From assembly GCF_963921235.1 (NCBI RefSeq), contig NC_086097.1, positions 239,756,001 to 239,820,000 on the forward strand: a stretch of 64,000 bases of DNA. The letters are read 5' to 3'. This document shows, in pieces, positions 23,818-36,493 of the stretch (its first letter is position 1; every line of letters begins with the position of its first letter). The notes below the pieces were generated by a model. The model did no database searches and was not told the DNA's origin. It was given only the letters and a program-made list of their open reading frames with translations. The position numbers and the translations under genes are program-made. The DNA is from Mobula hypostoma (taxonomy: Eukaryota).

Positions 23818-24994
23818 CCCTACATGTCCTACCTCACTGCCATACAAGGCCCTAAATGATCCTTCCAGGTGAGGCAACACTTCACCTACGAGTCTGTTGG
23901 GGTTATTTAACGTGTTCGGTGCTCCTGGTGTGGCCTCCTGCATATTGGTGAGACCCGACATAGTTTGGGAGACCGTTTCGCTGAGCATTCCACCTCTATC
24001 CACCGGCACAATTGGGATCTCCCAGTGGCCACCCATTTCACTTCCCGTTCCCATCATGATACGTCCATCCATGGCCTCCTCCACCGTCATGATGAGGCCA
24101 CACTTAGGTTGGAGGAACAATATCTTATATTCCATTTGGGTAGCCTCCAACCCAATGGCATGAACATCTCAAACTTCTGGTAATGCTTCCCAACACCTCC
24201 ACCCCCTCTCCTACACTATTTCCCATCCCCTTTTCCTTCATTCACCTTACCTCCTTTCCTGCCCATCAACTCCCTCTGGTGCTCCTCACCCCTTTTTCTT
24301 TCTTCCATGGCCTTCTGTCTCTTTCACCAATCAACTTCACAGCTCTTTATTTCATCCCTCCCCCTCCAGGTTTCACCTGTCACCTGGTGGTCCTCTCTCC
24401 CCTCCCCCCACCTTTTAAATCCACTCCTCAGCTTTTTTTCTCCAGTCCTGCCAAAGGGTTTCATCGACTGTACTTTTTTTTCCATAGATGCCGCCTGGCC
24501 TGCTGAGCCCCTTCAGCATTTTGTGTGTTTTGTTCGGATTTCCAGCATCTGCAGATTTTCTCTTGTTTGTGAGTTCACTTCATGCGGAGCTTTGAATGGA
24601 ATTGAAATTAATTCGGTGCTATCCACAACTTCACTCTGTTATAATGAAGTGACTGAAAATATCTGAGGCTGATGCATTACCCTGACGGACTTCTGTATTG
24701 GTGTCCTGCGATTGACTGACTGACCTCTAACAATGACAACAGCTACTCTTATGCCTGAGTAAGGCTCCAGCCATTGCGGTGTTTACAGCTTGATGCCTAT
24801 TGATTTCAGTTTACCAGGATGTCTTGATGCCACACTCAATCAGCTGCTGTTTTGCTGTTAAGACAATCACTCTCATCTCACTTTAGGCATTCGGCTGTTT
24901 AGTCTAAGCTAGGACCTGTTGGATTAAACTGTATATTTGTTATTATCTTTGCACTTTACATTCAATGACAGCTGCTATTTTATATAACCACCTA

Positions 24995-25315
24995 TATTTA
25001 TTTATCTGTTTAGAGATACAGCACAGAATAGGCTCTTCTGGCCCTCCGAGTCACGCTGCCCTGAATCCCCTGACAACTCCGATTTACCCTAACCTAATCA
25101 AGGGACAATATAAAATAACCAATTATCCTACCCATGCCTGCTCTCCCTGGAATGTCTTTGGACTGTGGGAGAATACTGGAGGATCTGGTGAAAAACCATG
25201 TATTCCATGGGGAGAATGTACAGAGACTCCTTACAGAGGATGTCAGGATCGAACTTGGAACTTCGACACCCTGAGCTGTAATAGTTACACGCTAACCATT
25301 ACACTACTGTGGCAC
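24995..25315 (-). mobile_element. HE1/V-SINE-like SINE
   Basis: (TTTA)n tail, then AGAGATACAGCAC, then reverse-complemented V-domain. Confidence 0.75.
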
Positions 25316-25456
25316 CCAGCAACATACAGTGGACTAGGTCCTTTCAACCCTTCGAACCATGCCAGCCAGCAACCTGACAACCTCAATTAACCCTAACTTA
25401 ATCTACATGTAACTGCGTAATATCACCTAGTGGTCACAGTATGTACTGTATAAGCG

Positions 25457-25740
25457 CATGGCGGCATAGTGTTTAGCACAATGCTTTACAGTACTATTGA
25501 CCTGAGCTGAATTCCTGCCACTGTCTTTAAAGGAGGTTGTATGTTCTTCCCATGACCATGTGAGTTTACCCCAGGTGCTCCAGTTTCCTCCCACAGTCCA
25601 AACATGTACCAGTTGGTAGGTTAATTGGTCAATGTAAATTGTCCCATGATTGGGCTAGAATTCAATTGTGGGTTGCTGGGCAGCCTAGCTTGAAGAGCCA
25701 GAAGGGCCCTTTCCATGCTGTAACTCAACAAATTGATAAA
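25457..25740 (+). mobile_element. HE1/V-SINE-like SINE
   Basis: Collinear with 10533-10820. Confidence 0.8.
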
Positions 25741-26979
25741 TGCAATTGTTCAGTGTGTTACATTTACATTTGTATGATTCTGGAAGCTTCTATTGGTATT
25801 GTACTATCTGAATAGGGGCTATCTGATTGGTAAACTCTTATCTACATTTTGAATGGAATATTTCTTACCTATGGTATAAAAAGAACTGAACACCATCTCT
25901 TAGTCTTGGCTTCTCCTTTCCCTTCCCCTACTGGACTTCTGGGTTGTCCATTACCAATTTTTATTATTCTATCATCATTTATTAAAATGATCATGAAGGA
26001 ACAATCTTAATACCTCTTTCTGACTTCTGAGATAACCTTGGATTAATACATCGAAATCTGACAGACCAAAGGTCTGATAAGTTCTGGAGCCATGTGGCTC
26101 TGGCAAAGTCCAAACTGGGCACTGCTGAGCAGATGACTGGTGAGTAAGTGTTACCGGTTAATTGTTATGGTGTGCACCCGACCACACCAGCCTGCGGGGT
26201 TTAGGTGTTCTGAACCTGTTTTGTCTCAGGCTCTGGCCTTGGATAATCCAGCACTTGAGTCCATGCCATTGTCACCTAGGCCTCTCGTCAGCGATAATGC
26301 TCTGATGACATTTTTCACCACTTTGCTTTTAACTTAGAGTCCACTGTCTTAGCGGGGTCTCATCCAATTGTATTTCTCCTGTACGCGGCTGTTACATGCC
26401 TCGGCACTTTTATACATGGTTCGATAAATATTGGTCGTGTTGAATTAAATAGTTACATTGAAACAACTTGATCCCAATCTTGACTGATTCTGGAGTGCAA
26501 GTCTTCAGTAACAGCTGGGATGTCTTTTGATCCTCTAGCTGTTTATTTGTATGCACTTCTCTTGATAAAATATCGAGATCAGAGAACCAAAGTGGCGGAA
26601 GACTGGCTTTTGTCATGGTAGGAAGCAAGATAGATTATGCACCACACACCTGATAATTCTTTGGAACAAAATAATATTAATATATTATTCATAGTGCCCA
26701 TTGTGGCACTAATGGCATGGACCAACAATGTCAACATTAAATTATCCAAAAAATGATTAAAATAATATGTTAAATTTAAAATACACACATTACACACGTA
26801 CTATTTTAATTTTATTTCCTTGTGTAAATCAGAACTTTATTATCTGAATTAAGAAGATGACATATCATTAAAAATGATTCATACCTGCTGTTTACAAATA
26901 TTATTCATTGTTTTAATTTTATTTTCACATTTTGCATTCTGAAGAGATTACAGTGTCAACAATTGCAATTTTTCCAAAG

Positions 26980-27445
26980 AATCAGAATCAGGTCTATTAT
27001 CACCGGCACATGTCATGAAATTCGTGAAATTTGTTAGCTTTACGGAGCAGTACATGCCATACATGATAATAGAGAGAGAAAAAAGAAAACTGTGAACTAC
27101 AGTAAATATATATAATAGTAAAATTAAATAAGTAGTGCAAAAGAAAAAAAATTAGCAAGGTACTGTTCTTGGGTGTAATGTCCATTCAGAAATCAGATGG
27201 CAGTGGGGAAGAGGCTGTTCTTGAATTGTTGAGTGTGTGGCTTTAGGCTTCTGTACCTCCTTCCTGATGGTACCAATGAGAAGAGGAATATCCTGGGAGG
27301 TGGAGGTCCTTAATGATGATACTTGCTAAGGCTCTACTCCTTGAATGTGTCCTGGGAACTACAGAGGCTAGTGCCCATGATGGAGCTGACTAATTTTACA
27401 ACTCTCTGCAGCTTACTTCAATCCTGTGCAGTAGATCCCCATACC
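26980..27445 (-). mobile_element. Rex1/Babar-type LINE 3' fragment
   Basis: (GAATCA)n tail; CTCCTTCCTGATGG (LLPSG) region. Confidence 0.65.
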
Positions 27446-27903
27446 AGGCCAGAAGTACATTGTCTTAAGCATCTAACATGAGATACATCAGTTTCCAAGC
27501 TGCAGGATAAAAGTTACCTCTGGACTTCTCAAAGCAGTTTATTGACAGTGGTTAAGATAGATTTCAATCTGGCCCTTTCCTACACTCACCCTTTGCTCTG
27601 TTCCAGTGGCTGTGCAAACCAGGAAAAAAACTGATTTGTGCCAAAGGGACACATGAACCACATGAATCTGAACCTCCTGGGTGCCCTGATAGTGTTTGGG
27701 CAGCTCACAGCTCTGAGTTGTCAAATTCCTATGGCTATATTGAAATTTTCCTGATTAAAAACATGAGCATGGTATATTAAACCATAAACAAATCAATCCC
27801 CTATACACAGCTGTTCACTGCTTCCAGTAGAAGCAATGGGTGGTGGCTGGGAGCTATAGGGCAATTCTCCTGCACTTCCACTCAGAACACCACTGTTTCA
27901 TCT

Positions 27904-30900
27904 CTGATGGGATCCAGAGCGATAGAACAGTGAAAGACGTGCATGGAGTAAAGCCAGATCTAACATATAGAGAGGTTTTGAGGAAAGGGAAGCAGAATAA
28001 ACAGTGTAAAGACAGTAAGGTAAAAGGGCTAAAGTGTGTGTACTTCAATGCAAGAAGCATCAGGAACAAAGGTGATGAACTGAGAGCTTGGATACGTACA
28101 GTACATGGAATTATGATGTAGTGTCCATTACAGAGACTTGGCTAGCACCAAGGCAGGAATGGATTCTCAATATTCCAGGATTTCAGTGCTTTAAAAAGGA
28201 TAGAGTGCGGGGGAAGGGGAGGAGGGGTGGCATTACTGGTCAGGGATACTGTTACAGCTACAGAAAGGGTGGGTAATGTAGCAAGATCCTTTTTTGAGTC
28301 AGTATGGGTGGAAGTCAGGAACAGGAAGGGAGCAGTTACTCTACTGGGGGTATTCTATAGGCCCCCTGGTAGCAGTAGAGATACCGAGGAGCAGATTGGG
28401 AGGCAGATTTTGGAAAGGTGCAAAAATAACAGGGTTGTTATCATGGGTGACTTTAATTTCCCTAATATTGATTGGCACCTGATTAGTTCCAAGGGTTTAG
28501 ATGGGCAGAGTTCGTTAAGTGTGTACAAGACAGATTCCTGTCACAGTATGTGGACAGGCCGACTAGGGGGAATGCCATACTAGATTTAGTATTAGGTAAC
28601 GAACCAGGTCAGGTCACAGATCTCTCAGTGGGTGAGCATCTGGGGGACAGTGACCACCGCTCCCTGGCCTTTAGCATTATCATGGAAAAGGAAAGAATCA
28701 GAGAGGACAGGAAAATTTTTAACTGATGAAGGGCAAGTTATGAGGCTATAAGGCAAGAACTTGCGGGTGTGAATCAGTATGATGTTTTTGTAGGGAAATG
28801 TACTATGGACATGTGGTCGATGTTTAGGGATCCCTTGCTGGATGTTAGGGATAAATTTGTCCCGGTGAGGAAGATAAAGAATGGTAGGGTGAAGGAACCA
28901 TGGGTGACAAGTGAGGTGGAAAATCTAGTCAGGTGGAAGAAGGCAGCATACATGAGGTTTAGGAAGCAAGGATCAGATGGGTCTATTGAGGAATATAGGG
29001 TAGCAATAAAGGACCTTAAGAAGGGGCTGAGAAGAGCAAGAAGGGGGCATGAGAAGGCCTTGTTGAGTAGGGTAAAGGAAAACCCCAAGGCATTCTTCAG
29101 TTATGTGAAGAACAAAAGGATGACAGGAGTGAAGGTAGGACCGATTAGAGATAGAGGGTCCAGTGAGATGGAGGAACTGAGCGAAATACATGTTAGTAGG
29201 GAAGTGGTGTTGGGTAAATTGAAGGGATTGAAGGCAGATAAATCCCCAGGGCCAGATGGTCTGCATCCCAGAGTGCTTAAGGAAGTAGCCCAAGAAATAG
29301 TGGATGCATTAGTGATAATTTTTCAAAACTTGTTAGATTCTGGACTAGTTCCTGAGGATTGGAGGGTGGCTAATGTAACCCCACTTTTTAAAAAAAGGAG
29401 GGAGAGAGAAACCGGGGAATTATAGACCGGTTAGCCTAACGTCGGTGGTGGGGAAACTGCTAGAGTCAGTTATCAAAGATGTGATAACAGCACATTTGGA
29501 AAGCGGCGAAATCATCGGACAAAGTCAGCATGGATTTGTGAAAGGAAAATCATGTCTGACAAATCTCATAGAATTTTTTGAGGATGTAACTAGTAGAGTG
29601 GATAGGGGAGAGCCAGTGGATGTGGTATATTTGGATTTTCAAAAGGCTTTTGACAAGGTCCCACACAGGAGATTAGTGTGCAAACTTAAAGCACACGGTA
29701 TTGGGGGTAAGGTATTGATGTGGATAGAGAATTGGTTAGCAGACAGGAAGCAAAGAGTGGGAATAAACGGGACCTTTTCAGAATGGCAGGCAGTGACTAG
29801 TGGGGTACCGCAAGGCTCAGTGCTGGGACCCCAGTTGTTTACAATATATATTAATGACTTGGATGAGGGAATTAAATGCAACATCTCCAAGTTTGCGGAT
29901 GACACGAAGCTGGGTGGCAGTGTTAGCTGTGAGGAGGATGCTAAGAGGATGCAGAGTGACTTGGATAGGTTGGGTGACTGGGCAAATTCATGGCAGATGA
30001 AATTTAATGTGGATAAATGTGAAGTTATCCACTTTGGTGGCAAAAATAGGAAAACAGATTATTATCTGAATGGTGGCCGATTAGGAAAAGGGGAGGTGCA
30101 ACGAAACCTGGGTGTCATTATACACCAGTCATTGAAAGTGGGCATGCAGGTACAGCAGGCGGTGAAAAAGGCGAATGGTATGCTGGCATTTATAGCGAGA
30201 GGATTCGAGTACAGGAGCAGGGAGGTACTACTGCAGTTGCACAAGGCCTTGGTGAGACCACACCTGGAGTATTGTGTGCAGTTTTGGTCCCCTAATCTGA
30301 GGAAAGACATCCTCACCATAGAGGGAGTACAAAGAAGGTTCACCAGATTGATTCCTGGGATGGCAGGACTTTCATATGAAGAAAGACTGGATGAACTAGG
30401 CTTATACTCGTTGGAATTTAGAAGATTGAGGGGGGATCTGATTGAAACGTATAAAATCCTAAAGGGATTGGGCAGGCTAGATGCAGGAAGATTGTTCCCG
30501 ATGTTGGGGAAGTCCAGAACGAGGGGTCACAGTTTGAGGATAAAGGGGAAGCCTTTTAGGACCGATATTAGGAAGAACTTCTTCACACAGAGAGTGGTGA
30601 ATCTGTGGAATTCTCTGCCACAGGAAACAGTTGAGGCCAGTTCATTGGCTATATTTAAGAGGGAGCTAGATATGGCTCTTGTGGCTACGGGGAACAGGGG
30701 GTATGGAGGGAAGGCTAGGGCAGGGTTCTGAGTTGGATGATCAGCCATGATCATAATAAATGGTGGTGCAGGCTCGAAGGGCCGAATGGCCTACTCCTGC
30801 ACCTATTTTCTATGTTTCTATGTTTCTATAAAGTTGGAAAGATATGCCTGGAGGCTGTGGAAGTGAGCGAGGTTCTCAATGAATACTTTTCTTTGGTATT

Positions 30901-32558
30901 CACCAATGAGAGGGAACTTGATGATGGTGAGGACAATACGAGTGAGGTTGATGTTCTGGAGCATGTTGATATTAAGGGAGAGGAGGTATCGGAATTGTTA
31001 AAATACATTAGGACGGATAAGTCCCCGGGGCCTGACTGAATATTCCCCAGGCTGCTCCACAAAGTGAGGGAAGGGATTGCTGAGTCTCTAGCTAGGATCT
31101 TTATGTCCTCGTTGTCCACGGGAATGGTACTGGAGGATTGGAGGGAGGTGAATGTTGTCCCTTTGTTCAAAAAAGTTAGTAGGGATAGTCCGGGTAATTA
31201 TAGACCAGTGAGCCTTACGTCTGTGTTTGGAAAGTTGTTGGAAAAGATTCTTAGAGATAGGATCTATGGGCATTTAGAGAATCATGGTCTGATCAGGGAC
31301 AGTCAGCGTGGCTTTTTAAGGGCAGATCGTGTCTAACAAGCCTGATAGAGTTCTTTGAGGAGGTGACCAGGAATATAGATGAGGGTAGTGCAGTGGATGT
31401 GATCTATATGGATTTTAGTAAGGCATTTGACAAGGTTCCACACGGCAGGCTTATTCTGAAAATCAGAAGGCATGGGATCCAGAGAAGTTTGGCCAGGTGG
31501 ATTAAGAATTGGCTTGCCTGCAGAAGGCAGAGGGTCGTGGTGGAGGGATTACATTCGGGTTGGAGAGTTGTGACTAGTCGTGTTCCACAAGGATCAGTTC
31601 TGGGACCTCTACTTTTTGTGATTTTTATTAATGACTTGGATGTGGGGGTAGAAGGGTGGGTTGGCAAGTTTGCAGACGACACAAAGGTTAGTGGTATTGT
31701 AGATAGTGTAGAGGATTGTGAAAGATTGCAGAGAGACATTGATAGGATGCAGAAGTGGGCTGCGAAGTGGCAGATGGAGTTCAACCTGGAGAAGTGTGAG
31801 GTGGTACACTTTGGAAGGACAAACTCCAAGTCAGAGTACAAAGTAAATGGCAGGATACTTGGTAGTGTGGAGGAGCAGAGGGATCTCGGGGTACATGTCC
31901 ACAGATCACTGAAAGTTGCCTCACAGGTAGATAGGGTAGTTAATAAAGCTTATGGGGTTTTAGCTTTTATAAGTCGAGGGACAGAGTTTAAGAGTCGCGA
32001 TGTAATGATGCAGCTCTATAAAACTCTGGTTAGGCCACACTTTGAGTACTGTGTCCAGTTCTGGTCGCCTCACTACAGGAAGGATGTGGAAGCATTGGAA
32101 AGGGTACACAGGAGATTTACCAGGATGCTGCCTGGTTTAGAGAATATGGATTATGATCAGAGATTAAGGGAGCTAGTGCTTTACTCTTTGGAGAGAAGGA
32201 GGATGAGAGGAGACATGATAGAAGTGTACAAGATATTAAGAGGAATAGATAGAGTGGATAGCCAGCGCCTCTTCCCCAGGGCACCACTGCTCAATACATG
32301 AGGACATGGCTTTAAGTTAGGGGTGGGACATTCAAGGGGGATATTAGAGGAAGGTTTTTTACTCAGAGAGTGGTTGGTGTGTGGAATGCACTGCCTGAGT
32401 CCGTGGTGGAGTCAGGTACACTAGTAAAGTTTAAGAGACTACTAGACAGGTATATGGAGGAATTTAAGGTGAGGGGTTATATGGGAGGCAGGATTTGAGG
32501 GTCAGCACAACATTGTGGGCCGAAGAGCCTGTAATGTGCTATACTATTCTATGTTCTA
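27904..32558 (+). mobile_element. CR1 LINE family B, near-complete ORF2 (APE endonuclease and RT), disrupted, hosting a nested CR1-A
   Basis: YFNARSI, ITETWL, YRPPG, MGDFNFP, SDH (APE); YMDFSKAFDKVPH, VPQGSVLGP, FADD (RT); TATTCTATGTTCTAT tail. Confidence 0.95.
29152..30829 (+). mobile_element. CR1 family A, 5'-truncated (~1.7 kb), nested in CR1-B
   Basis: ORF 29445-30731 (428 aa RT, YLDFQKAFDKVPH, FADD); single frameshift in the A run at ~29390; host sequence resumes at AAAGTTGGAAAGATATGCC. Confidence 0.93.
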
Positions 32559-32924
32559 TCACTGGGATTGAGATCTGGGGACATTCACAACCATATCAAA
32601 CTGCCAGAAACAGAAATAAAATAATGACCAGACTAAGCAATGTTAGATAAAAGATTATATTTCAATACAAAGCTTGATAATGCTCAATGAGGCTATTCTG
32701 CAACAAGCCTTGACTGTGTCTCAGTGTCCCAGAGCTGCCTATTAATCAACTTGTTTGATTCATGATGTTCTCCTGCTGAATGAGAATCTAGTTAAAGAGA
32801 AGGTGCTCTTGTTCCATAGGAACTACAAAGCCATCCAGATCCTGCTGGGTTGTTTCCAATAAAACTTCCTACACCTTTCAGCTCAGCTTTAGAGTTTCCT
32901 TACAACCTTTTCTTCAATGTCACA

Positions 32925-34575
32925 GGTTGTGGAATACAGGTGGAATGGAGACAGGCCTAACCCCTATTGACATCAATGGATCTAGGTTTGAGAGGGTGAA
33001 GTTCCTCAGCATACACATCACTGAGGATCTCACATGGTCTGTGCATACCGGCTGTGAGGTGAAAAAGGGACAACAGCACCTTTTTCACCTCAGGTGGTTA
33101 AAGAAGTTTAGTATGGGCCCCCAGAGAGTGGTGCAGATAGCCCAGCACATCTGTAGATGTGAACTTCCCACTGTTCAGGACAGGTGTGTAAAAAGGACCC
33201 AAATGATCATTGGGGACCCCAGCCACCCCAACCACAAACTGTCCCAGCTGCTACCATCTGGGAAATGGTACTGCAGCATAAAAACCAGGGCCAACAGGCT
33301 CCAGGACAGCTTCTTCCACCAGTCCATTGGACTGATTACTTCGTGCTGACACAACTGTATTTCTATGTTATATTGACTATCTTGTTGTACATGCTATTTA
33401 TTATAAATTACCATAAATTGCACGTTACACGAAGAAATCTGCAGATGCTGGAATTTCAAGCAATGCCCACAAAAATTGCTGGTGAACGCAGCAGGCCAGG
33501 CAGCATCCATTGGAGGAGGCACAGTCGACGTTTTGGGCTGAGACTAACTGAAAGAAGAGACAGTAAGCGATTTGAAAGTGGGAGGGGGAGGGGGAGATCT
33601 GAAATCATAGGAGAAGACAGGAGGGGGAGGGATGGAGCTGGAAAGTTGATTGGCAAAAGGGATATGAGAGGATCATGGTACGGGAGGCCTAGGGAGAAAG
33701 AAAGGAGGAGGGGGGAAGCCCAGTGGATGGACAAGAAGTATAGTGAGAGGGACAGAGGCTTCATCTTGACAGTAGAGGTTCCTCCAACCTGATGCAGCTC
33801 AGAATGGGAGACCGTTTCGCTGAACACCTGCGCTCTGTCTGCCAGAGAAAGCGGGATCTCCCAGTGGCCACACACTTCAATTCCACATCCCATTCCCATT
33901 CTGATATGTCTATCCACGGTCTCCTCAACTGTAAAGATGAAGCCACAATACCTTATCCACAAATCTTCCTCTAATATCCCCCTTGAATGTCCCACCCCTA
34001 ACTTATCAGGTTGGAGGAACAATACCTTATATTCCGTCTGGGTAGCCTCCAACCTGATGGCATGAACATTGACTTCTCTAAATTCTGTTAATGCCCCACC
34101 TCCCCTTCGTACTCCATCCGTTATTAATTTATTTTTTATTATTTTTTTTCTATCTCTCTCCTTTTTCTCCCTCTGTCCTTCTCACTATACTCCTTGCCCA
34201 TCCTCTGGTCTTCCCCCCTCCCCTCTTTCTTTCCCCCTAGGCCTCCCGTTCCATGATCCTCTCATACCCTTTTGCCAATCAACTTTCCAGCTCTTGGTTC
34301 CATCCCTCCCCCTCCTGTCTTCTCCTATCGTTTTGGATCTCCCCCTCCCACTTTCAAATCTCTCACTAACTCTTATCTCAGTTCATCCTGATGAAGGTTC
34401 TCGGCCCGAACGTCGACTATACCTCTTCCTAGAGATGCTGCCTGGCCTGCTGTGTTCACCAGCAACTTTGATGTGTGTATAAATTGCACATTGTACATTT
34501 AGTTGAAGGTGTAATGTGAAGATTTTTACTCCTCATGAATATCAAGGATGTAAGTAATAAAGTCAATCCAATTCA
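32925..34575 (+). mobile_element. Rex1/Babar-type LINE 3' part, split by a Penelope insertion
   Basis: ORF 32927-33349 KFLSIHITEDLTWSVH...LLPSGKWY; 3' UTR resumes at 34479. Confidence 0.75.
33424..34478. mobile_element. Penelope-like insertion with inverted pseudo-LTR (left arm minus, right arm plus)
   Basis: TSD ATAAATTGCAC at 33413-33423 and 34479-34489; GDRFAEHLRSV...VATHFNS (GIY-YIG region); arms ~33470-33755 and ~34165-34475 are diverged inverted repeats. Confidence 0.85.
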
Positions 34576-34669
34576 ATCTTTAATTAAAAGGAATTAGCTA
34601 AATGTACTTGAAAACTGATGGGAAGGACTACCAAAAGTAGTGGTTAAAGCCCAGTCAATCACAGATAAA

Positions 34670-35150
34670 GCTCTCCTCACTATTGAGTACATTTACACAG
34701 AGCGCTGTTGCAGGAAAACAGCATCAATCATCAAGGATCCTCACCATCCAGGGCATGCTTTCTTCTCGCTGCTGCCATCATGAAGAAGGTACAGGAGCCT
34801 CAGGACCCACACCACCAGGTTCCGGAATTCTCAACTACGAGGCTCTTGAACCAGGTGGGATAATTTCACTCAAATTCACTCACTCCATCACTGAACTATT
34901 CCCATAACCAATGGACACGCTTTCAGGGACTCTTCATCTCATGTTCTCGATATTGCTTTCTTTCTTTATCTATTGATCTGTCTCTCTCTTTTTATTGTAC
35001 TTGCACAGTTTGTTGTGTTTTTCACATCGGTTGTTTTTCCTGTTTGGAGCAGTTTTTCATGGATTCTATTGTGTTTCGTGTATTCATTTTGCAAGCCAGC
35101 GTGAAAATGAATCTCAGCTTGGTATATGGTCACATATAAGTAGTCTAACA
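34670..35150 (+). mobile_element. Rex1/Babar-type LINE 3' end
   Basis: Collinear with 2020-2259 plus 4774-5010. Confidence 0.7.
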
Positions 35151-35851
35151 CTCTACTTGTAAAATATCAAGGAGAGTACTTCAGTAATATTATAAAACTT
35201 GTTAATCCCACTAAGCCAGGTGTAGAGTATAAGATAAATTGATCACTTCAATGGAAAAGTTAATTATAAACAGACTTTCAATGTGGTCAAATAAAAGGAG
35301 CATGTAGACGTATATTGTCTGCAGGTTCTTCAGTACTTCAGAGAAATTCCACAAACTGCCGCAGGCTCACCGTGTGTAGAGAGGAGAGTAACAAGATCTC
35401 TTCTGTGATCCAGTGAGGCCACTTGTCTGGATGAAGAAGAAAGGTATTTCGGAAAGTGCAATTTCCAATTATTAACATCATATTGCATAGAATTTCATAG
35501 CAGAGTACAGAACTTTATTGCCAACAGAACTTATGTGGGTTTTCATCCTCTACACAAATCACTTCCCACGTCTTAAATTTTTGAATATTATTTAGAGATA
35601 CAGCTTGGAACAGGCTCCTCCAGCTGAACACTACCATGGTGCCCTTACCTATAAACATCTTCTTTTAGTCTTTTCCCCCTTTTATATTTAAGTTCAAAGT
35701 TGATTGATTATCAAAGTATGTATATGTTATACAACTTTGAGATTCATCTCATAATATTTTATGATAATAATTATAATGTTTATATAATAATCAACATTTT
35801 AAGATAAATGCAATCATGACATACATTCCTACATAATCTACTTGTTCACCA

Positions 35852-36326
35852 GATCCAGCGGCATGGTGGGGTCCAAGACGGTTGGGGGAGGTTCTGTTGC
35901 AGTGAATGGCCAGACCAAGCTTCAATGCAAGGGATGCCCTTTCCGTGCTTCACAGCACGTGTTTGCTAGATGGCCGTTGACCCTATGAGACAGTTCATCC
36001 ACCCTTTGACAGGTCTTGTTTATCGTCCTGCAGGGTGTCTAGCCACCCTCCTCACCAGGTAAGCCTGGTGGGGGAGTCAGTTTAGTCGCCGACCACCCGA
36101 CCATGCGACAGGTAGTACTGGGTTACATGGTACCAGTAGCACTCAGATGAGTGATCTGACCAAAGGGGATGTCGAGAGGGTGGGTTTGGACCTGTGCACG
36201 ATCCCTGCTCACCTAAAATCCATTCATGCACACGCTGTTCCTTTCTGGGGAGTCGGGTCCCACTAACTGACTGAAAGGAACTATCATCATCTTATGGGAT
36301 GGATAGCCAGAGAGAGAGAGAGAGAG
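35852..36326 (+). mobile_element. RTE-derived non-autonomous element with 5' inversion
   Basis: Perfect 12-bp TSD ACTTGTTCACCA at 35840-35851 and 36327-36338; (GA)n tail; 35852-36162 is inverted relative to the related element at 9370. Confidence 0.75.
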
Positions 36327-36493
36327 ACTTGTTCACCACTGAGGGAAGAAGTTTCTCTTGTTTTTATTTCCTTTGACCTATTAACAACTTAACTATATAC
36401 GGTTGTTCTTGGACTCTCTAGCAAGGCCCTCAGTGATTGGTGGTTAATCATCAGTGCAAGAAGTACTGGCTGTTTAATGCGTTCACTCCTGCT

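Larger units (their letters stand above)
22011..24530 (+). mobile_element. Penelope-like element remnant (RT C-terminal part, GIY-YIG region, pseudo-LTR), split by a hAT insertion
   Basis: FHPALKFT...SDTSLPFL...YKLTDSHSYLD (RT); HIGETRHSLGDRFAEH...VATHF...RLEEQYLIFHLGSLQPNGMN (GIY-YIG region). Confidence 0.85.

Noticed and set aside
28769..29425. 218-aa ORF suggesting a novel protein
   Set aside because: Chance in-frame fusion of the CR1-B host and the nested CR1-A at ~29152
35324..35445. Exon-like segment after TGTCTGCAG
   Set aside because: Stops in all three frames before the putative donor
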